DNA of 64,000 nucleotides from Spizellomyces punctatus DAOM BR117 (lineage: Eukaryota), in the NCBI GenBank assembly GCA_000182565.2, contig KQ257475.1; one strand, given 5' to 3'. The stretch's first letter is position 1. Each line of letters begins with the position of its first letter. Positions 9,211 through 22,872 of this stretch are shown here, in pieces. The notes beneath the pieces are model-generated. The model made no database searches and was not told where the DNA came from. It was given only the letters and a program-made list of their open reading frames with translations. The position numbers were made by a program, and so were the translations under genes.

Positions 9211-12200
9211 ATGGGAAACCAATCATCTGTTGACAAGAATGGGGAAGATGGTTTTGGGGAGGGAATCGAGGGAATAGATTGTCGATTTGGTATACGGTCT
9301 GAGGCGGAAGTGTTCAAGTCGGAGCTAGTCTACCCTGATCCCCCAACTCCCGAGCGTACATCTTCGATACGGCCAAATACTGGGCATCCCCAAAAACCGC
9401 TGTCACTCGGTACGAGTACACCGGGTCTACACTCGCCATCCAGTCCCGATGTCCCCAAATTCGTTGCACCTTTCCAGTTTTCCACCTCTGGCACACCCGC
9501 TTTGCAAACTTTTCCGTCCGCCCCCTTCACGTTTGACCTACCACCTCAAGCACGATGGCTCCAGCCGCCATGTCATCTCGTAAATCATCCACCCGCACTG
9601 TCGCAATCACCCAAAGACCGGTCCCGATCTCCGACAATGCTTCCGTCACATCAACACACTTGTTCGACAATCGAACCCACCACGTTGGCGATTGTAGAAA
9701 AGGATGCGTTGCAAGGAAAACCAAACTTGTTTGCGATGCTCAAAGAACAGCATGCCAAACAGGGGATATTTGATCCCGCGTATAGCTCGTTTCCATGTCG
9801 ATTTATGCATACGGCGAATACCATGGAGGGATCCCATCAGATTAGTCGGTATGTGATATTCAACGGATCGGTAGTACAGGTACAGTTACATGTATTGAAT
9901 GGTGTGCGCGTTTTCTTTCATGATAGGTATGCGCAATCGGATGCTTTTGTTGGGATGGAGCAAGCAAAGGTGATGATGACCTCGTGGACTGAGGTGCCCA
10001 GAACAGAAACATTTACACTTGGAAATGGGATTGTGCTCACGGGAGGGGCTAAATATCAGCGCATACAGGTAGAACAGGCTCGTCTTTTTGGAAATTGTGA
10101 TGACGGTTCTGAGCAAGTAGTTTCTGTTTGGATAGGGCGCATTCGGTACAGCTGTCAAAGTCGAAGGAATTATCCTGGCTGGTCTTGTTCCCCGTGTGCA
10201 AAATGCAACACCTTGGGATTGGGCAGAATCCAACAGTCCAGTGACGGACCTCTCACCCGCCGCAGAAGACGTTAGCAATAAATGGACCCAAGCTGCTCCA
10301 TCGTGCTTTACAAACGGGTCCGCACTGGATGCACCCAAATGCTACGTTGGATTTGTTGCAGTTAATGTTCTGCCTTCGACCGCCGATAAACCGTTCGTGT
10401 TGCATCATTTTGAGAATGGGACGAGGATTGGGCATCATTTGCAGTTGCTTGAGGGGGCGCATTTGGACAGCCAGATGGTCATTCATGGGCCTTTTATGTG
10501 AGCGTCGTTTAATTTGATTTTACCTTCAGGAACACAATGATTGATCTATTATTTGTTTGATAGTTTTAAGGGAATCAGACTAGGTGCCAATGCCATCATT
10601 CACGCCGACGGAGTGTTTGCAAAACTACATCATGCAAAACCTGGGACGGCTGTCACAGAGACGACTGGCAAGTTTGACCCGACACGAGCAGAAATCTTTT
10701 ACAAGCATTTGGAGGCCATCAAAGCAGCCCAAGCACGAAAAGAAAGCGGCGATTCCACTAAAGAAAAGAAGGAATCCAAAAAAGAGGAAAAGGAAGAAGA
10801 TGCTAAAACACCCGCACCACAACGAAAGCAGATATACGTTGAAATCTGTATTGACAGAATGCTCAATCCCAAACTCTTTCGTTCCTCCGAACCGTTTAAA
10901 CACCCTGCTCTCCTCGACCGTCCCAACACTGTCCGTACAGCCGCAAACACCGTCATGAGTTTCTCACAGGCACCGGGTAACCACGCACCAAATATTCCAA
11001 CCATTGACTGCTACGGCTTTCATGAAACAATCCTTCCCGCCCATCTCCACACCACACTTCGTCGTCCAGCGGCATTATGCCACCCAAATGCCATTGCAGC
11101 GACCGAGATTGCGTTTGGCCACCTCGAGCGGCGGTGTGCGTTTTGCGGTGTCACCCGCACAAGAGAGAAAATGGCATTATGTGGACAGTGCAAGTGTGTT
11201 CGGTATTGTTCAAAAGAATGTCAAAAGAACCATTGGAAGAGTGATCATCGACGGTGGTGTGCAGAAGCTGCTGTGTTGGGTGATGGAAATAAGGTGGAAA
11301 GCAGTGTGGCTTCAAATACGCAGGCTGTGCCAAAGCAGGACGCTCAGACGGCTGAAGATGCAGCTCTGGATGAGATTGCGAGGTTGCTTGATGCGGATTT
11401 GGACTTGCCAGAGAGACCGTTTGAGGGGGCCGATCTTGGAGGCATTGACATGCAGCCGGGACTTCCTCCAAGTGCGTTCGACTCTTCCACCCCTGTTCCA
11501 CCTCCCGCTGTCGTTCACGCACCTCTTGCTCAACCTTCACCGCAATCTGCACCGCAAACAGCACCGCAAACAGCACCGCAAACAGCATCGCAAACAGCAT
11601 CGCAAACAGCACCACAAACAGCCCCGCAACCCACACCTCCACCGTCAAACCACCGTCCAACACCGTCCAACCGTCCCACCAACCTCCTACCTGGCGTTCC
11701 CCTCTTCATTCCCAAAGACCCAGCAAACCCCAACGCTTTCGTCACCCTAGACCAAATCCGCGAGCATTTCAATAGACAGTACGCTGATCATGTCTCGATT
11801 GATAATATACCTCCAACTACCAAATGGGACGATTTGTGGGATGTCATGTCGCGTGAGGGCGATATCAAGTTTATGAAGTACGAAGAGGGAGAGGTAAAGT
11901 ATCTGTTTCTTTTTTTTTGTTTATTGAGTTATTGTGGGTTTGCAGTTTGGCACTCCTAAACAATGGCATGGCACTCAAACCGATTTACTCCTTCAATTAG
12001 ACATCTGCATCCGTCCAGTACGACGACGAAGCTAGTGCCAAAGCCCTCATCGGCAAACCCCTCAAGCTGGGAAATACCACCATCATTCCTCGGGGTGCAG
12101 GCGACACTAAACTTGAATTCCGCAAATCCCTTCCAAAACCCCTCATATCAGCCAAAGATTTCTTACAGAGTTCCTTTGCGCCGCCTGCTTTGCCTGCTAA

Positions 12201-12285
12201 AAAAGCGGGAGGGATACGGATGCCGGAAAAGAATCGCAAAGCTGCTGCGACCAAGGTGGCTGCAAAGACGACTGTCAAAAAGTGA
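9211..12285 (+). CDS. MYND zinc-finger protein with C-terminal RRM-like domain and N-myristoylation motif
   Basis: MGNQSS start; CAFC...CGQCKCVRYCSKECQKNHWKSDHRRWC; introns 10069-10135, 10498-10563 and 11894-12000 join four frames; VSIDNIP...ASVQYDDEASA is RRM-like. Confidence 0.8.
11549..11629 (+). repeat. Coding 12-bp minisatellite (GCACCGCAAACA; APQT/ASQT repeats)
   Basis: Six full units plus a partial, read directly. Confidence 0.9.
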
Positions 12286-15200
12286 ACGTCGTGCACACTC
12301 TGCTGTGTTGTCAGTAGGACTAGATCAGTATGAGAAAAGAAACAGATAATGATTACACTGTAGAAATCGCTGAGGTCTGTTACAGGTTGAACACGCAGAG
12401 TAATACTGTTTGGGGGCAAAAAAAAACCAATCGTGTCATATGCAACATCAATGGCCATTGTACACCCGTTCCAGGCAAACCTCACTCACCATGGGCATTT
12501 GCGTTCCTAAAGACTCTGACCTCGCACTTGCCAACCACAGTGCATTTCCCTTTCCATGGATTCAAACTCGCTGAGAGGCAAGAGATACGTTACCATTACA
12601 GCCCCCTGAGGCAAAGATCCTTACTGTACTGCTGAGCGGCGTTACGCACAAGACAATGAATGGCATATTGTGTCAGTTTACAGACGCACTGACCAAACTT
12701 CATTTCAGCAGCGTCCTGAATACAGGTTTGTGTGAGCCGCAGACTCTTTTTTTTTTTGCATTCAACCAACAGCGTTTGCTGACAGGCAAAATATCTGTGC
12801 ACTCTACTCCTTTTAATGTAGAACATTTAGACGGCGAAGATGGATCTGCAGTACACAAAGCTCCCTTTGATGATTTTTTATCGTCTTGTCTCTGGCAAAA
12901 AGAGATTTTTGGGCTGTACGAACTCATCTTCCAGTATATTCTAGATGCCACGCACTGGAAATTGACATGTTGCACTGTGTAAGAAAAAGGTGTGAGATTT
13001 GCAAAGTGCCTCCCCAAAGCACAAAAAGGTGAAGATTTCGGTGGTAAGCAGTACGATCCTTCCAACCATGTTGCAATGCGAAAGCACGGAAAACCGCACA
13101 TGTCTTACCAGAGCACCAAACGAGAGATTTCTTTCTCCAGTAAGCACTAGATGGATTTTGAACTGTGTCAAAGGAAAAGCACACAAGACTTACCAAAGCA
13201 CAAAAAGTGAGATTTTGGAAAGTCCTTCTGTAGGCCACGACAAAACAGAATGGTTACTCTTGGAAAATGAACCGTCAAAACGAGAACATTACGGTCACTG
13301 GAGATTCGCATCTGGGGGGATTCTCATCCATCACATCCATCACACTACCGATTCGCTTTGAGTTTTCCGCGGTATTCAACAAGGCGACAAACAGGCTGCT
13401 AATCTCAGCAACCTAAAAAACAACGCTATCATTTGCCAGATTCCGTAAACGATCATGACAAAGATATGCTCAACCAGATAAATAAAAAATCCTATGCCAC
13501 AAGAAAAAAAACAAAAAAGGTCGGGGGAATCTCCATTTTCAATCGTGGCTTTGAGCTCAAATGGCGGAAACCATTTTCACTCTGCAATCCGCATACTTTT
13601 GCCTTTTGGCGGAACTGTTCTCCGCAGCACGCACTTTATCAAGGTTTTTTGCCTTAGCATTTTTTGCACAAGGTTTTTGATTCAAAGGACGAGTCGGGAT
13701 TCCGTTGCCCGAAACATATCAGATGCCATCCTACCGGATGCGACATATCCCGGCAATCAAAAAAAAAAAGAAATTATTACCTCCGATGCTGCCGAACAGC
13801 CCATATTGCTAAAAACCCGAAATAAACAAATAATCATGCAAAAATCCTCCCCAAATTTCCCGTATCGAAAATCCCCAAAATCGGCAAGTCACCGGAACGT
13901 GCTAAGCACTTGAAACCTTGTTTCAGATGCCCCTGATCGCCCATTTGTATCGCTATGCCGGTGGTATGGGAAGAACGTGATATTTGCCTTTTATGGGTAC
14001 ATGAAACGCGGTATAAAAATTGATTGTTGTGGATATAAGGTGTTGTGATTTCGGACAAGTGTTCAAAGCAAAAGTGTTCCAAAATGGGGTGTTCAATGTT
14101 TATGTTGTGGATCGTTGGCACACAGCGTTGAATGGAGTAAAGGTCATGGAAGGGCGGGGATGAACCACATGGACATTATGCTCTCTGTGTTCAAAAAGTG
14201 ATGATGGGTGGAAAAGGGCGGGTTTGAGTGGAGCAAACGGCGTATGAGGATCTACTCGCAAATAGAGATTGTAAACAACAAAGCACCCGCGATACACCAA
14301 GTCAATAGATTCTTTCCATGTCTCACACAATCTTGTCCACAATTATCTTGCGAGATCCATTTTTGTTTTTTTTTGCCATGCGTCGGGTTATAGGCGGAGG
14401 TGTTGACAAAGACGTGACAAGGGCCTTTCATGGTGTGTTGCACCGGGATAGGTTTTTAGTGATCGCAACACAATGCTGTGGATGATCATTTTCATTTGAT
14501 CAGTGACAACTACCCATTCATTGCCTCCCCCATCCACCCACAGACCTTCTTTCCATACTACAGATAAGATGGGGGGTATCGCATAGACATACACTTGGCG
14601 ATATGCGTGGGTGGAGTGTTCCTAGTTTCGGTAAATGCCCCTCGTTTACGAAAAAAATCCAACACCGAGAAAATGATGGAGAAATGGCAGTCGTGGCTGG
14701 CTGCTACTCCATTCTCTCGACTCCTTGGGCTGAGCGGAAACCTGGCCAAAAAGAGTGAGATCTGACAGTATCTGTGCATAAGGAGCAAATAGCGAAAAAC
14801 AAGAAAAAGCGAAACTGACAACTGATACGCCCATTTTTTTTACTTGTCGTCTGGAGCCTTGTTTTCACCTGTGTGCAATTGGAAATAAGTGCATTTTGGT
14901 AAAGCCAAGTTCGACAGGAAAATTGCGACAAGGCAAGAAAAGCAAAAAAGGCAAAAAGACAAGGAGACAAAAAATAATGTTGGCATTAAAGACTAGTAGG
15001 AAAAAGTTGGTTAGTGTGGCGTTTACACCAAGTAGCGGTTTTCCACCTCGAGTGTAACATACCACTAGAACACATTTGGGGGTATCGTGCACCTTTTGAC
15101 ACTCGGATTTTTTGATCCTGTCGTGTTTCGAGACAAGATACCATTCGTTTTAACGCTTGCGTGCAACGGTAGTGGACAGAAATCTGTCTCAGTTGCCTTT

Positions 15201-15658
15201 CTCGCTCAAATGCCAATTGGAGACTTTTCGCTTACCTGTCCACTGGTCATTAGGGCAATTGAACATTCGTGCTTTGCAGTGCAGAGTGTGACGAGCCTTT
15301 AGACTCCTACCACTTGACATGTTCGCGGGAAATGGGGGAAGCAAAAGGCATCACCGCACGCACTATGTCTTGAAAGGAAAAAAAAAAAAGTCATCCACAC
15401 GTTCCAAACACAGACTTGTAAGCCTCACAGCCTCTGAGCTATTGGAATCCCCCCCTCAGATCAAAGACAATTCAAAAGGAGGAGGCTGCCGCGTGCTCCC
15501 CCCTCCTTCTCGTCGCCCACATCCCGACTCTTCATCCGCCACATTTCCCCCTCAGCATTAGACTTTAGAGTTCCCAACCCTGGGAGACCTTTCACCCTTG
15601 TACCTTTCTGCTTACATACATATTCATACCATCGTCCTTACTTTGCGTACCTCCATCA

Positions 15659-17056
15659 ATGGAAGGATTCGATCTAGAGATCTTTGGTGGCATTGTCCCC
15701 ATGCATGACTTTGACATGCCCTTGTGCAATGAGGATATATCATCCTTCTCTTGCACGGCATCAGATACCACCGAATCTCTGTCAGACAGATCAGCATCAC
15801 CGTCATTGGAGCCTAGCTCTCCAACATCTGCGCCTGTTACCGATGACAAGGCTGAGAAGGAAACCCTCCTTCGTTTCGATACCCTCACAGAGACAATCAA
15901 GGAAGAAGAACCTGCCACTGGCATTTTCGTCGACAATATGATTGAGCTCGGCTACGGCAAGGTCGATACCCAATTATGGGGCATGAGCTACGCCGAACCC
16001 ACTGGCGCCGCGTACTTTGAGCCCTATGGGCTGTTGACACCCGTCCTTGAAAAAACAGTGCCCTTTTTTGCGGACCAGATCCAGCAGTACCAAGTTGTCG
16101 AATACGATTACCTCCCCACTCCCACAGACGAGAGGAGCATGTCTTTCAGCTCGGCTTCCTCTGGTTGTTGCTCAGAACCAGAAATGTCATCGCCGGTTAT
16201 GCAACCACGACAACTTCAGACACCGCCTCCGTCCCCTTCTTCTGGAAAGGCTACCCTTAAGCCAGAAGACGACGAAGAAGTAGCATTGGATGAGAGTGTT
16301 GTTACCACTGAGGCAACAGCAACTGTCGCAGCCCCCAAATCGGCTGGCAAGTCCAAGGGACTTCGTGGTATCCCCTCTGATCAGTTTTTCGTCATGGAAA
16401 ACGCTTTCACACCGTCTCGCCCTCAAAACTTTCGCCAACAACAGCACTTTTCCCACCCAAACGTGACACCTCATTACCACCCTTACCAACCTGCAAGCAA
16501 CGCCCGCGCTGTAGCTTACCGTCCGGCGCCAATTACCATCTCCCCAACCGCTACCTACGCATCAACGGCCGCCCCGGCCCATTCCACCTTGTCACCAAAA
16601 CCATCTTCTCCCACCGACGCTTCCACCCCAACAACTCCCCTTTCCGCTCCTGCCCTCCCCACAACCATCGCCCCTGTGCGCTCCTCCAGCAACCGCTCCA
16701 CAGCTTCTCCCCACCCCAAACCCTTCCACTGCGAAATGTGCCCAGCATCCTTTTCCCGCAAGCATGACCTGAAACGCCACACTAGAATTCATCTTGGGAT
16801 TCGTCCCTTCAAGTGCGATGCCTGCGGCAAGGTATTCTCCCGGCACGACGCCCTAAATAGACATGTCATCAAATGGGGATGCAACAAGAAGCTGGAAGCA
16901 ATGGCAGTTGCCGCTGCAGCTGCAGCCGCCGCCGCCGCAAATGGAGGATCACCCTTTGTCGTCTCGCAAGAGATGGTCAACATGGGATACGGCATGAGCA
17001 TGGGAGTTGTCCCTCACCAAGGGATGGATGCCTATGGTTTGGGATTGTCCTACTAG
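15659..17056 (+). CDS. C2H2 zinc-finger transcription factor (two fingers)
   Basis: FHCEMCPASFSRKHDLKRHTRIH-LGIRP-FKCDACGKVFSRHDALNRH; acidic N-terminus; poly-Ala tract. Confidence 0.93.
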   Translation: MEGFDLEIFGGIVPMHDFDMPLCNEDISSFSCTASDTTESLSDRSASPSLEPSSPTSAPVTDDKAEKETLLRFDTLTETIKEEEPATGIFVDNMIELGYGKVDTQLWGMSYAEPTGAAYFEPYGLLTPVLEKTVPFFADQIQQYQVVEYDYLPTPTDERSMSFSSASSGCCSEPEMSSPVMQPRQLQTPPPSPSSGKATLKPEDDEEVALDESVVTTEATATVAAPKSAGKSKGLRGIPSDQFFVMENAFTPSRPQNFRQQQHFSHPNVTPHYHPYQPASNARAVAYRPAPITISPTATYASTAAPAHSTLSPKPSSPTDASTPTTPLSAPALPTTIAPVRSSSNRSTASPHPKPFHCEMCPASFSRKHDLKRHTRIHLGIRPFKCDACGKVFSRHDALNRHVIKWGCNKKLEAMAVAAAAAAAAAANGGSPFVVSQEMVNMGYGMSMGVVPHQGMDAYGLGLSY

Positions 17057-17899
17057 ACTAGAGAAAGAAAGTAACTTTCTTTTTTATAAATTATGCACAG
17101 AGTTGACAAGTGTACATAGAGTTTTCCTGATGGACGGGGGTTGGCTGGCTTATCCTTTCGTTCCTGCACACTATTTAGATATATAGAGTTATGGGGTTGG
17201 GTCGCAAAATGTGCTGTATCATATAGAGCGAGACTGATTTGTGAGATAGATACTAGATCTGGCCTGCGTTTAGAAAAGAGATTAACATACGAGACTATTG
17301 AACATTGTATTTCCTTGTGCCCTCATCTGTTTTTTATTCTGCTTGTTGTCCAGCTAGCAACTTGGTACAAATAAAGTTTCAACCCCATGGATAAGAACGA
17401 TGCAGGTTGAGCTTTTGGCATGAGATTATCAGCTTATCAGGAATTTTGGGAGGTTTTGAGGATGGCGGGTTAGGAATAGAGCTGGCTTGCAGCTCAGTTC
17501 CGCAAGCATTAGCCAGAAAAAGTCAAGAAGCTCATTCGTGACGTTACGTAATTCGGACATGGAACACATGTCCGAATGAAATCGTTGAGGCTCCCAATAG
17601 CGTGTCCGCCCTCCTCATCCTTCTTCCCCGTGCTTCCCTCTGCATTTTTGGTCTGCACCATGAGTAACACCCTCGAAGCAGAGATCTCTATCAAGGCCGA
17701 TGCTCTATCCTTCCTCAGAAGGCAACGCACTGTGTGCAGAGGTCTTCAGCATTGAGCTTGTCGCCAAAACCAGTCTGAATATAATTGACGATACAAAATC
17801 TGCGAAAACCTTCCGGCTCTGGCGTGCTGGTCTGACTGGATTCACGGCATCATATAAAGAAATCTCATGCAAAAGCACCTTACACAAATCAAAATGACC

Positions 17900-20469
17900 T
17901 TAATCCTGAATCTCCATTCCCTCTACCTCACCACCCGCCTGTCCCTTCCTCTCACCAGCTCCGACAACGGTCACACCAACCCCGCGCTCCCAGTCCTCCG
18001 AAACATCAAAAACAGGCATCGGATAATCCGTCACGCGAACATTTTTTTCAGTTTCATCGCTGACGAGTGTGACGAGGACAGTTCTGTCCACGTCGACGTC
18101 AATGGAGAGTGTGATGTGTTTGTCTTGGGTTGGGATGGGTGTAGAGAGTGTTGCGAGGAGGTGACACGTTTTAGGATCCGTCGTGTCGCCTTCGTAGAGT
18201 TTGATGACTGCGATGGGTGCAGGAGGTGTAGAGGTTGGCGGAGTGGTAGGCGGGATGGGACGGAGTGTCACGGTTGTTTGGGCTGGCAGGGCTGTGTTTC
18301 TTTTTAAGAGAGTTTTGATGGTGTTTGTGGTCGTGTCGAGGATACCGAGTGAGAAGGACAGGGAGTCTATTAGCAGACTTGTGAAAAATGGATGTGATGA
18401 GCGTCCTTACGGAAACGAAAACACGGAAAGTGAACGTACTAGTTTGTAATATTCGGACTCCGCATGCCAGACAGTAAAGCCGATTCAATGCCTGCGCCGT
18501 AACCTACTGCCTGTTACCCAATCATACGACTGTTAATGAACCGTACGGTTGATGAAAGGATAGCGTGCAAGGCGACGTTCACCTTGTGCTTATCAATAAG
18601 TGCGAAATCATAAATATGATTTCCCGGAAAGAGGCTTGAGATGCGATCTCGAAGCTAAACGAAAAACATTGTGTAAATATAAAGAGTTGAGGTTGCGAAA
18701 AATAGGCATAGAGCGTACTTTTGGAAAATGCGATCCACCGCCAGAGAGCACTACTTTGCTTATTTTCGTAATGTCCATTTTGGCTTCCACGAGTACCTAA
18801 CAAAAACGCCCAATACGAAATTATCAGTAACTACTTTATAAGTCCTATAAATGAATGAGATAAAACACACCTGTTGAATGGGGACGAGGCACCGATCAAA
18901 GAAATCTGCGCAAAGTGTCTCTAGGAGCTCGCGTGTCATGGTCATTGCATACCTACAAGAACAAGTCGGTTACCGATGAGAATATGGGATGGGTAACGAG
19001 TATGTACATACGCTCCAGAGGAAAGCTGGATGGTATGCGAAATACTATCAGCGGTAGACAAGGCTGTGTTCAAATGTGTGAGTCTTACAATAGATTGTGG
19101 GGAGAATGGCAGGGCTTTATTACCTTTTTTGATTTTCTCTGCACCAAAGCGGAGAGAGAGCAAGTCCAAACTAGTAAGTTTCCTATTCGATTGCTTTGAA
19201 AGATCCTATACAAATATGTTAAAAGCATTCAACCGAGCAAAGAGTAGTGTAAGAAAAGTACTACCTGCACAAAATGCATCAAAAGCCTCACATCCACATC
19301 TGCGGCACCAAATCCCACATCTCCAGCAGAAGCCAGCACTTCAAACACTTCTTCATCAATCCCGACAACAGCACAATCAATATGAGCGGCACCGAGGTTG
19401 AATGATAAAACATATTCAGTCACAGAAGTGGGATGAGCAGGCCGGTCGAATCCAAATGCAATGGCAGCGGCTGCTGCGTTGCTAATAAGACGGGCATGTT
19501 GGAACCCGGCTTGGCGGGCTGCTTCTTTTGTTGCGTCTCGTTGTAGGAGGGTGTATCCTGCTGGGACGGTAATGACCGAGCCGGTGATGGGGTGGCGGAG
19601 GGCTTGTTCGGCGTTTTGCTACAGTTGTAGGAAAGTTGGATTGGTGATGAGGTGAATTAGAAGGGCTATGGGGAAGGGAACATACCCTTGCATAGGTAAG
19701 AAGGATAGCGGTGAGGTCTTCGGGCCTGTAGTGCTTCTGCCGGCCGTCGTGCTCGATTTCGACGCATACCTATAATATGCAGAGCATAAGCCCGATGCGA
19801 ATTTCTACATTGTCCGACAAGAGAAAGTATGCCGTGTGCCATGTGTGTATACACCATGGCATCGCTGGCTGTGCGAGAACCCAAGAGATGGTGCTACAGA
19901 CCGATAATGACACTAGCTCAATCCTAGTCCGAATCTCATCCAACTTTTACTCTACAAGCCTAACCCAATTCTCTACACCTAACCTACTGCAAACCTATTT
20001 AAAAAAGACTTACCCTCGCGTACTTGTCCTTGACCAACCGATAAGGCGCATACCTCTGATAAAATGCCACCCGCTCATCATCAAACTTGAGTCCCACCAG
20101 CTGAGCCCAAGAAAAGACAGTCGCCTTTGGATACTTGAATAACCACCTCTGAGCCTCCTCACCAACAACAGGATCACAAGCCTTGCGTCCCGATTCAACG
20201 AGTTCAATGTCGTCGGGGAAAGCAACAAAGCAGGGCGTCTTGCGTTTGTCTCGCTCGTTGGGGACAAAGCGGACGGTTTGGAGATCTGGATGGTAGGCAC
20301 ACAGACGGAGGAGAGTTGTTCCCAAGTCTATTCCAATGTAGTGGCTTCCGGGGGGAAGGGATGGAGAGCGGGAGCGAATGGATGGTTCGGGCGATACAGT
20401 CATGGGCTCTCTACCTCGTTCATCTCCACGTTCAGCAGTAGGTGTGGGTGCGGGCATTGCAGTTGGCAT
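17900..20469 (-). CDS. Atypical Hsp70-family protein, multi-exon
   Basis: IGIDLGTT, TPCFVAF, YRPEDLTAILL, VITVPA, VFEVLASAGD, VVLSGGGSHFPKV, IKLYEGD; several GT-AG introns. Confidence 0.85.
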
Positions 20470-21840
20470 ATTGGACGATAGATGTATAAAGTAAAATCAA
20501 GGCAACACTAGAGAGATTGAGCAGAGTTTGCGAGATAGAGCAATTTCACTCTAGACAAAAACTAAACGACTCGAAAAAGTATTTGTATAATTCTTTCGGC
20601 ACAAGATATTCCAAAGGCACTTGCTACAGCAGATACATAAATGAAAAAGGCAAGAAAAAACAACTACATAATATCAACAAGAACCGTGGTAGACCCTCAA
20701 GGCCATGTCCAACGACCAGACCCGTATGTGTCATGCAAATACTTGACTCTGCAAAAAAAAGAAAAACAGAGGGTAGCAGCAGAGGCAAGCCCTGCACAGC
20801 GCCAAAAGAACACTTCGGGAAACGCAACAAGGCAAACGCCCCTTCAGACAGCTGACAGCCGTGACGTGATCTTATCACTTTTAACGTCAACGAAACTTTG
20901 GGTTCTTTCGACCTGCCCTTCTTTTGAATTCCCTTTTCAATGTTTAAACTGAAGGGAAATCATAACTCTTCTCGTAACTTTGTGTGAGCGCATTTTAAAC
21001 AAAACGCAGGTCATCGCAGTTATGTCACAGTCATGTGTCTATTGCTCATGAAGATGATCTTGCGTTGCCGACAAGCTTTTCTCTTTGAGATCTCCTTCAT
21101 TGTAAGGTCCATCAACCTCTCTGTTCATATCTCCTTCAATTGAAGCCACTTAACCTCCTTCACTTCAAGACATTGACCAAACGGCGCTATTGATGATTGC
21201 CTCACTACCGGATACATCACCGAAGTGGGGCTTCTCCACCTCTCCTTGATGTTGCATCTCGAGGTTCACTATCAACCATACTGGTTCTTGCGCCAGGTCG
21301 TAGCCGCTGGAATCATATGTTGACGGACATGGAAGTTCTGTCGTAGTTCTCCTCTCAATCTAATGACACTTGTCCTGTTGCCTCACCACCAGATACACGA
21401 CATTAGAATTCAAAACCAAACAGACATACACTGGTTACACTGGCTAATTGATAGGAATACGAACCTGAGCTCCTCGCCTTTAGTCATAGACCTTTTCATC
21501 CACTACGCTAGATCTCAAAAGCATATTGGCTTCAGGTTTCTGCTGCCGATTGGCGCAAAGACTTACGAGGCAAGTCCAATACATGCGCTCTCATTTTCTT
21601 ATAGTATTCTTATGCATGAACATCCTAACCTCAGAGCTCATATCCCCCATGGCTTGGGTACGTCAGAGATGCCTCATCCATAAGAAAATTTCGGACAAAC
21701 AGAAGCCAAATATCACTGAGTATGTACGCATGTCTTCAAGGTTACAACACATGATGGAATACAAAACTGCCCATCTACACAGCACTTTATACATTCAGTC
21801 TTCGCCCATTAATTACAGAACAATTTATACAATTCACTAG

Positions 21841-22737
21841 TCAAAACAAATCTTGCGCTTTCTTAATAAGGAACCGTCCATGGAAGGCCTGCACACTGAT
21901 ATGCTCGGTATTGATCGGCGATGGGAATATAATCGTCACCGGCGCTCCTTTGGAGACCACGTTCAGCTCGCATGGTTCAGTATGGTTCGGAATCGAGAAG
22001 GGCACAACGGGCGTCGGCGGTCCCAGTGTCTTGTCCCATTGTCGTGTGGGGCGGGCACGAACAGGGCAACGCTCCGCCTCTTGAGAATGTGAGGATGGAT
22101 CCTTGTATCTGGCTGTGGGGAAAGAGGCGGACGCTCCGCCGCTTGATGAGACTCGGGTTTAAATTGTTGCGTCCTTGACAGCGGTTGACGGACGAGATTG
22201 TTGAATGCCCAACGGGCTGACGAAGGGTTCTCTCTGTTTGTGAGGCCCAGGCCAATGCAAAGAAATGACAATAAATAGCAAAAGCATTTACCAAATATTG
22301 AACAGGAGATTTGTCTAACAAACGGAGTTCAAACGCTAAGGGAGCAAGCACCCATGCCATTTGAGCGAGAGCCCATCCTTTGGCGTCGGACAGAGTGGAA
22401 ATTCACACATGTCCTAACCCCCGTGAGCAGAACCCACTGGAGAAATGTGTCCGGATAAACCGAACCCGCCAAGGACTGGACAGACACCACCCAAGATAAC
22501 ACTTGGGAGACGTGCACTCCCTCCCTAGTGCCCATCCTCTAGCGTCGGACAGAGTGAAAATTCACACATGTCCTAACCTCCATGAGCAGAACCCATTGGA
22601 GAGATGTGTCCGGATAAACCGAACGCGCCAAGGACTGGACAGACGTGTACCGTTCGAGAGTTGGCTGAAGCGTGTACCGATGGCGACGCTTCCAAGTGGC
22701 ATGGGTACTTCGGTCTTTGAAACTTACTGCCAGACAT
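21841..22737 (-). pseudogene. Spliced hypothetical gene or pseudogene with duplicated exon and in-frame TAA
   Basis: TATAAAAA 22880-22873; 5'UTR intron 22815-22750; ATG 22737; phase-compatible splice sites at 22577/22418, 22336, 22291 and 22234; TAA 22161-22159 interrupts the last exon. Confidence 0.4.
22371..22644. repeat. Direct repeat, 2 x 115 bp, period 159 bp, 8 mismatches
   Basis: 22371-22485 aligned by eye with 22530-22644. Confidence 0.95.
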
Positions 22738-22872
22738 GTCGGTGGGGAACTAAAAGCATAGACAGCCAGTGAGTAGCGCGAACGCACAAGCATGACGGAA
22801 ACAAAGGCATCTTACCCTCGACCAACAACAGATGGTTCCCACGCCAAGATGATGAGATCGAGATGGGCAGCG

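Noticed and set aside
10069-10563. Apparent frameshifts between overlapping ORFs of the MYND gene
   Set aside because: Resolved by ordinary phase-compatible GT-AG introns.
17500-17890. Fragmentary minus-strand frames after the Hsp70-like gene
   Set aside because: Frequent stops; no motif.
21060-21362. Minus-strand exon-like stretch (IERRTTTELPC...)
   Set aside because: Could not be linked to a start or other exons.
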